NCBI GenBank assembly: GCA_963809485.1
Contig: CAWEJX010000020.1
Span: 1,152,001 to 1,216,000 of the forward strand
Source of the DNA: an uncultured Acidobacteriota bacterium
GTDB lineage: Bacteria; Acidobacteriota; UBA6911
Length of the DNA: 64,000 bases
Direction: 5' to 3'
Shown: positions 58,977 through 64,000 of the stretch, piece by piece
Layout of the letters: each line of letters opens with the position of its first letter
Position numbering within the stretch: position 1 is the stretch's first letter
Translations under genes and position numbers: made by a program
The notes under the pieces: generated by a model
The model's input: only the letters and a program-made list of their open reading frames with translations
Told to the model about the DNA's origin: nothing
Database searches by the model: none

Positions 58977-59861
58977 ATGATTCGGGCAATTGTTTTGTTT
59001 GCGATGCTCTGCAGCACTTTGTCTGTTTATGCGGAAACCGTCCTATTGGCTCCTGCGGCGCCGGGTTGCACGCGGGCGAGCCTTCAGGCCATAGCCGACA
59101 AATACGTGGAGGCATTGAAGAAGGGCGATCCGTCCGTGATGCCGCTGGCCGCGGGGGCGAAATATATCGAAAGAAGGAAGACAATTCCCTTCGGGCAGGG
59201 CATCTGGAAAAAGCCCATGGTCGTTGATTTCAGCCGCAGCCTGCTCGACGTCGACATATGCGAGACCTTCACGGAAGTCATCAGCGCGAAAAACAACCCC
59301 CAGTATGTCACTGGAACGCGTCTGAAAATTGTGGACGGAAAAGTTGTGGAAGTTGAAAGTCTGGTCAGCGACAAAAACGACTGGCTTTTCGACGCGGACG
59401 CCTATCTGAAGTATTCGTCAACGGAAAAATGGGACATCCTGCCTCCCGAAAAGCGGACGGACCGCCAGACGCTGATCAAAGTCGCCAGCGACTATTTCGA
59501 CATTTTCCAGGACTATTCCGCATTCGACAAGGTGCCCTGGGGAATCCCGTGTGTGCGCATTGAGGGTGGAGCCTACACGAATGCCAAAAACGATCCCAAT
59601 CCTTCCTGTACGCTCGGAGTTCCAAAAGGCGGTGGCGTGCCGATGACGAACCGGAGCTATATCGTGGACGTCGAAATGGGATCGGTTGTGGGCCAGTGCG
59701 ACTTCGGGGGAGCAAAGGGATTGTGGGACGCCCACACATTCAGGCTGGAAAACGGCAAGCTCCGTTATGTGCATGTAATAACACTGTGTCCCAATGGCTG
59801 TCCCAAAATGCCTCCGCCCAAAGACGCGCCCAAAGGCACGCCCAGAGAAGTGCCCCAATAA
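58977..59861 (+). CDS. Secreted hypothetical protein (two NTF2-like halves)
   Basis: Signal peptide, CTRASLQAIADKYVEAL, paired Cys; GAGGAGG RBS. Confidence 0.75.
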   Translation: MIRAIVLFAMLCSTLSVYAETVLLAPAAPGCTRASLQAIADKYVEALKKGDPSVMPLAAGAKYIERRKTIPFGQGIWKKPMVVDFSRSLLDVDICETFTEVISAKNNPQYVTGTRLKIVDGKVVEVESLVSDKNDWLFDADAYLKYSSTEKWDILPPEKRTDRQTLIKVASDYFDIFQDYSAFDKVPWGIPCVRIEGGAYTNAKNDPNPSCTLGVPKGGGVPMTNRSYIVDVEMGSVVGQCDFGGAKGLWDAHTFRLENGKLRYVHVITLCPNGCPKMPPPKDAPKGTPREVPQ

Positions 59862-59878
59862 ATGGCGGTCATTGAATA

Positions 59879-59946
59879 TTGCAGGTTACAGGATACGGGT
59901 CACGGTGCGTGAGCCTGATACCTGTAACCTGCAACCCGTAATCCTG
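59879..59946. repeat. Heptamer-built hairpin between convergent genes (possible bidirectional terminator)
   Basis: TTGCAGG-TTACAGG-ATACGGG ... CCTGATA-CCTGTAA-CCTGCAA-CCCGTAA; 14-bp perfect inverted repeat. Confidence 0.6.
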
Positions 59947-59998
59947 AAGGACCGGCCCGGATACGCGCTTCAACAGGAAGTCCCGCGAGAGATTCCGA

Positions 59999-61270
59999 CT
60001 ACTCCCCATATCTGAACAGCAGCAGCCCATTCAGGAAGGCCACGACGCTTCCGATTGCCACGAGAACAATCTTGAACAAAAGTCCATTGGCATGGCCTTT
60101 CATCACTTTTTTGGAGGAAGTCAGGTAAATCTGCAGAAATACGGTGATGGGGAGCTGGATGCTGAGCATCATCTGGGAGTAGATGAGTCCCTGGAACGGA
60201 TCGCTGATCGCGAAAATGATCGCAAGGGCGAAAACCAACGAAATGGCCACTCCCAGGGCCGAGTGATTGTCCTTGATCTGAAAGGGTTCCCCATAGAATC
60301 CGGCGAATATTGATCCGGCTGCCATCCCCGAGGTTATAGACGAGGCGATTCCCGAAAAAAGCAGGGCGATGGCAAATACAACAGCGGCATAGCGGCCCAG
60401 CAGCGGCTGGAGCATCTCTTGCGCCTGCCGGAGTTCCGACACCGGCGTTCCCAGCGCAAAAAAGGTGGACGCCGCCAGCAGGATCATTGCGCTGTTAATA
60501 GCCCACCCGACGATCATCGAAAAGAGAGTGTCCAAAAACTCATAGTCCAGCTGTCGCTGGATTACCTTCTCGTCTTTCAGGTTCCACTGCCGGCTTTGGA
60601 TGATTTCCGAATGCAGAAATAAATTATGGGGCATCACCACGGCCCCCAGGACACTCATGACAATCACCATGGAGCCGTGAGGGATTGAAGGGACTGTCCA
60701 TCGATAAGCGGCGGCGCCCCAGTCGATGTTCACAAGCGTCAATTCGTAAATAAATGAGAGACCGATGATCGAGACGAACCCGATGATCCACTTCTCGATT
60801 GCGGCGTAAGAATTGGTGACCAGCATGATCCATACAAAAACAGCGGTTAAGACCGCGCCGACGGGGATCGGGACGTTAAAGAGCATATTCAGAGCAATGG
60901 CGGCTCCCAGGATTTCGGCCAGCGAAGTCGAAATGGAGGCGAGCATGGCGCTTCCCAATACACTCCGTGAGATCCATTTTGGCAGGTAAAGCGTCGCCGC
61001 TTCGGAAAGACACAGCCCGGTGGTGATGCCGAGGTGGGCGACATTGTGCTGAAGGATGATAAGCATTATCGTCGAGAGGGTGATCACCCACAGCAACGAA
61101 TATCCGAATTGAGCGCCCGCCGCAAGATTCGAGGCCCAGTTGCCCGGATCGATGAATCCCACGGTCACAAGCAGCCCGGGGCCGATGTATTTCAGGAGAT
61201 GTGAAATGCCGAACTCGGGATGGTGATCCCTGCGCCGCAGGTCCTTGAGAATATATTGGAGTCTATTCAT
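59999..61270 (-). CDS. mntH: Nramp-family divalent metal transporter
   Basis: GPGLLVTVGFIDPGNW, VMPHNLFLHS, LIYSQMMLSIQLP. Confidence 0.9.
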   Translation of the reverse strand: MNRLQYILKDLRRRDHHPEFGISHLLKYIGPGLLVTVGFIDPGNWASNLAAGAQFGYSLLWVITLSTIMLIILQHNVAHLGITTGLCLSEAATLYLPKWISRSVLGSAMLASISTSLAEILGAAIALNMLFNVPIPVGAVLTAVFVWIMLVTNSYAAIEKWIIGFVSIIGLSFIYELTLVNIDWGAAAYRWTVPSIPHGSMVIVMSVLGAVVMPHNLFLHSEIIQSRQWNLKDEKVIQRQLDYEFLDTLFSMIVGWAINSAMILLAASTFFALGTPVSELRQAQEMLQPLLGRYAAVVFAIALLFSGIASSITSGMAAGSIFAGFYGEPFQIKDNHSALGVAISLVFALAIIFAISDPFQGLIYSQMMLSIQLPITVFLQIYLTSSKKVMKGHANGLLFKIVLVAIGSVVAFLNGLLLFRYGE

Positions 61271-61381
61271 AGCAATTCCAGCTTTGGACCATAGTAAATC
61301 ATCGGAAACAATAACGGTCCGGATTTTTCAAAGGATTTTCCAGGGGTGGGTCCGTTCTGTTCGCCGAGGGCACAGGTTTCA

Positions 61382-61600
61382 GTCAGGCACCTCCGGCAAA
61401 GCCGGAGGCTTGAAAGATTGGGACCGCTCAAAGCGGTTGGAGGAGTTACGCTGGTCTTGAACGCTGACTTACGCGGGCGAAAACCGACCCTCGCCGAACA
61501 GGTCGGCGTTTGTCAGCGCTTTTGTCAGCGTATCTCAGCGTTTCAAAATACGGAGCTGTCAAACTCTATGAGTCCCCCGGCAGGGCCGGGTTTACCAATA
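61382..61600 (-). mobile_element. Family A IS200-derived element, copy 7 (both nested hairpins absent)
   Basis: Both end motifs; GCGGGCGAAAA joins directly to CCGACCCTCGCCGAAC. Confidence 0.78.
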
Positions 61601-61802
61601 GGATTAATGGGCCGCTCGGGGCGCGCACTCATTGATTCCTGGGCCGGATCCAAGTTCTTGCAGCCAATAAAGGGGCCCAAAATTTCAATGTAAGAGCATT
61701 TGTTGTGCTGTATATTGTGTCTATCAGTATTGTTTTCAGTGATTTATTGTGGTCCGACCCCGGACCTGCGACACCCCGGACCTGCGACCTGCTGGAGAAA
61801 TC

Positions 61803-63338
61803 ATGGTGAAGGAACAGCGATACCGTTGGGCTCAGTGGGGCGATCTGAACGCTTTCTTCGGGCTCATGCTCGACAACGTCACCAACCTTGTGGTCCTCAC
61901 CGGGATCCTGGTGGGCGTATTCGGATACCCGGGCGACAAAATCTACAGCCTCATGATTCCGGGCACGGCATTTGGCGTGCTCTTCGGCGACGCCGTTTAC
62001 ACGTGGCTCGCTTTCCGGTTGGCGAAGCGCACGGGCAAAGCGGACGTCACTGCCATGCCCCTGGGGCTCGACACTCCTTCCACCATAGGAATCGCGACAG
62101 CCGTCCTTGGTCCCGTCTACCTCGAGACCCGGGACGCAGTGCTCACATGGCAGGTGGGCATGGCTACGCTCATGATCATCGGCGTCTTCAAAATACTATT
62201 GTCTTTCTTCGGCGACTGGGTGCGACGCCACATTCCGCAGGCGGGGCTCCTCGGATCCCTGGCCGGGCTCGGAATCACGCTGCTCGCCTTCTTCCCCGTG
62301 ATGAAGATTTTTTCAGCCCCTGTCCCCGGGCTCGTAGCCCTGGGAATCATCCTTTATGCCCTCACCGCCAAAAGGCGGCTGCCGTTCGGCATGCCCGGGG
62401 CGTTCCTGGCGGTGGCGGCCGGCTGCCTTCTGTACTACCTCACCGGTGGGCTCGGTCTATTCGGCGCCCGCGCGGCTGCGCCGTCCCTGGAATTGCATGC
62501 TGCATGGCCGATCCCGACCTTCGGCTTCGTCTTCGGGCTGGGCAAAGCTATTTCCTACTGCCGATTGCATTCCCGTTCGCCCTGATCACAATCATCGGCG
62601 GGATCAACAATACCGAAAGCGCGCGCGTGGCCGGCGACGAGTACCGGACGCGCGACATCCTGCTCACCGAAGCAGTAGCGACGGTTGTTGCCGCATTGTT
62701 CGGCGGCGTCGCGCAGTCCACACCGTACATCGGCCACCCTGCCTATAAGGCGATGGGCGGGCGGGCGGCTTATGCATTGGCGACGGGCCTTTTCATCGGG
62801 ATCGGCGGCGCGCTCGGACTGATGTCCTTCGTGGTGGAGGCCATTCCCGAAGCGGTCATCACCCCCATCCTTCTGTTCGTCGGTATCGAGATCGTCTCGC
62901 AGGCATTTATGGAAACGCCGCGCAAGCATGTTCCGGCGGTTGCTTTAGCGATGATCCCGGTAGTTGCCTATCTCGTTCTCACCTACGCCGACAGCCTTAT
63001 CAGGAAAGCTCGATCCGTCGGTCATGCTCCCGAAATCTTTGACCGACGAAGAAAACATTCTGCGCGCAGCGGGACACGGTTTCATTCTGACCGCCATTCT
63101 CTGGGGCAGCTTTCTCGCCGATCTCATCGACGGCAGGCTTCGCCGCGCGGGGGTTTTCATTATTCTGTGCGCGGCACTCACACTCTTCGGATTTATCCAT
63201 TCGGTCACGCCAGCCGGGGAAATTTACCTGCCGTGGCGGCTTGCCAACAATTTGGTCTGGCAGATTGCTCTGGGATACGGTCTGGTTGGAGCAATGTTCC
63301 TCGTCCGCTCGAGTGCGGATCGGCACCAGACTCAGTAA
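61803..63338 (+). CDS. NCS2/xanthine-uracil-type permease with two compensating frameshifts (about 62558 and about 63005)
   Basis: WGDLNAFFGL.LDN, TAMPLGLDTP; then ESARVAGDEY, TPYIGHPAYKAMGGR; then GFILTAILWG, FGFIHS in three successive frames. Confidence 0.8.
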
Positions 63339-63593
63339 GTACCCTCCGGCGGAGCCGGAATCTTTATGGTTGCCGGCCCCTCAAAGAGGCCTGATAGCAA
63401 CCGATAAAATATTAAACCGGTTTCACGCTCAATAAACAGGTGTAAAGCTTTGTGAACCGCAGAATGTCGAATACAGAATGATGAATTTCGAAGTCGGGCC
63501 TAACCTCTGCGGTTCGACATTCGATATTCGACATTCAATATTCATACTGAGGCTGGCACATCGGCAGAGCCGGGGGAGCTCCTGTTGGATTGG
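63335..63593 (-). mobile_element. Second IS200-derived palindromic element with a different interior (TCGAATA/TATTCGA heptamer hairpin)
   Basis: CCCTCCGGCGGAGCCGGA..GGCCCCTCAAAGAGGCC at the left; CGGCAGAGCCGGGG..GGATTGG at the right (as in copy 1); interior GAACCGCAGA...TCTGCGGTTC. Confidence 0.55.
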
Positions 63594-63731
63594 CATGGAT
63601 TGCATGAAAAGGTTGCGGCATGAATCCGATACGGGATTATGTCCAGGCCGCAATGCCCGGCCGTAGATGTCCGGGAGGCTCACTATTTCTTCCGCTATAT
63701 CTTGCCCATCGTGAATGGATCCGCGAAAGGA

Positions 63732-64000
63732 TCACAAGGACCCTTTCCGGCGGGCAACCTCCCCGGGAACAAGAAAATGGCTGCCAAACAGGCTCACCGT
63801 CTTATCGGGGCTCGCCTGCAAAGCCTTCTTGAGCTCAAGAACCACTCTGCCGGCGGCGGTCTGATCCCAGAACCAGTCCTGGAGAAGCTGGCTGGAGGCT
63901 CTTGCCTGGCCGGGATGGATCGTAATCGCTTCCCTGTAATAGGCCTTCAGATCCTCAACGGCAAATTTCAGCGAATATATTATTGGCAGGTCTTTTCGAG
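63732..64000 (-). CDS. 3' end of a hypothetical protein (runs in from window edge; not in ORF track)
   Basis: My translation: RKDLPIIYSLKFAVEDLKAYYREAITIHPG...QDWFWDQTAAGRVV...FLVPGEVARRKGSL*. Confidence 0.7.
   Translation of the reverse strand, partial: RKDLPIIYSLKFAVEDLKAYYREAITIHPGQARASSQLLQDWFWDQTAAGRVVLELKKALQASPDKTVSLFGSHFLVPGEVARRKGSL

Noticed and set aside
61270-61381. yybP-ykoY Mn riboswitch upstream of mntH
   Set aside because: No recognisable conserved motifs in the 110 bp before the inserted element
5883-61600. Recurring repeats as a CRISPR array
   Set aside because: Copies are dispersed kilobases apart, 120-400 bp long, with no repeat-spacer periodicity and no cas genes; DUF2779 is only Cas4-like
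61757-61788. Exact 16-bp tandem duplication ACCCCGGACCTGCGAC upstream of the permease
   Set aside because: Only two units; could be slippage or an assembly artefact, with no evidence of function and no purine riboswitch seen
61700-63394. 564-aa ORF as a single protein
   Set aside because: Only its middle (about 62558-63005) is permease sequence; the flanks are out-of-frame readings of the frameshifted gene

Overview
GC-rich bacterial chromosomal window, probably from an anaerobic Acidobacteriota-like genome (inference from gene content). Several single-base frameshifts in short homopolymers suggest a long-read assembly. It carries about 50 mostly metabolic and stress genes; I found no rRNA, tRNA or CRISPR array. 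Highlights: (1) two paralogous UGSC-family selenoprotein genes that the ORF track splits at an in-frame UGA (U-D-G-C at 20257, U-G-S-C at 32922), each followed by a SECIS-like hairpin with an N-GUGU loop, one of them with a signal peptide. (2) A compact, apparently uncharacterised operon: VIT-vWA protein, ECF sigma, 76-aa protein and an inositol-monophosphatase/ADP-ribosylglycohydrolase fusion, followed by NERD-helicase, HIT, HicB/WYL remnants, DUF2779 nuclease and TPR genes. (3) Seven co-oriented non-autonomous IS200/IS605-type palindromic elements built as nested hairpins, whose 43-bp core is inverted between copies, plus REPIN-like and 10-bp-periodic repeat families. (4) A UROD/methyltransferase-like gene beside a pyrogallol-transhydroxylase-like Mo enzyme. 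(5) Several deletion scars, most at apparent microhomologies.
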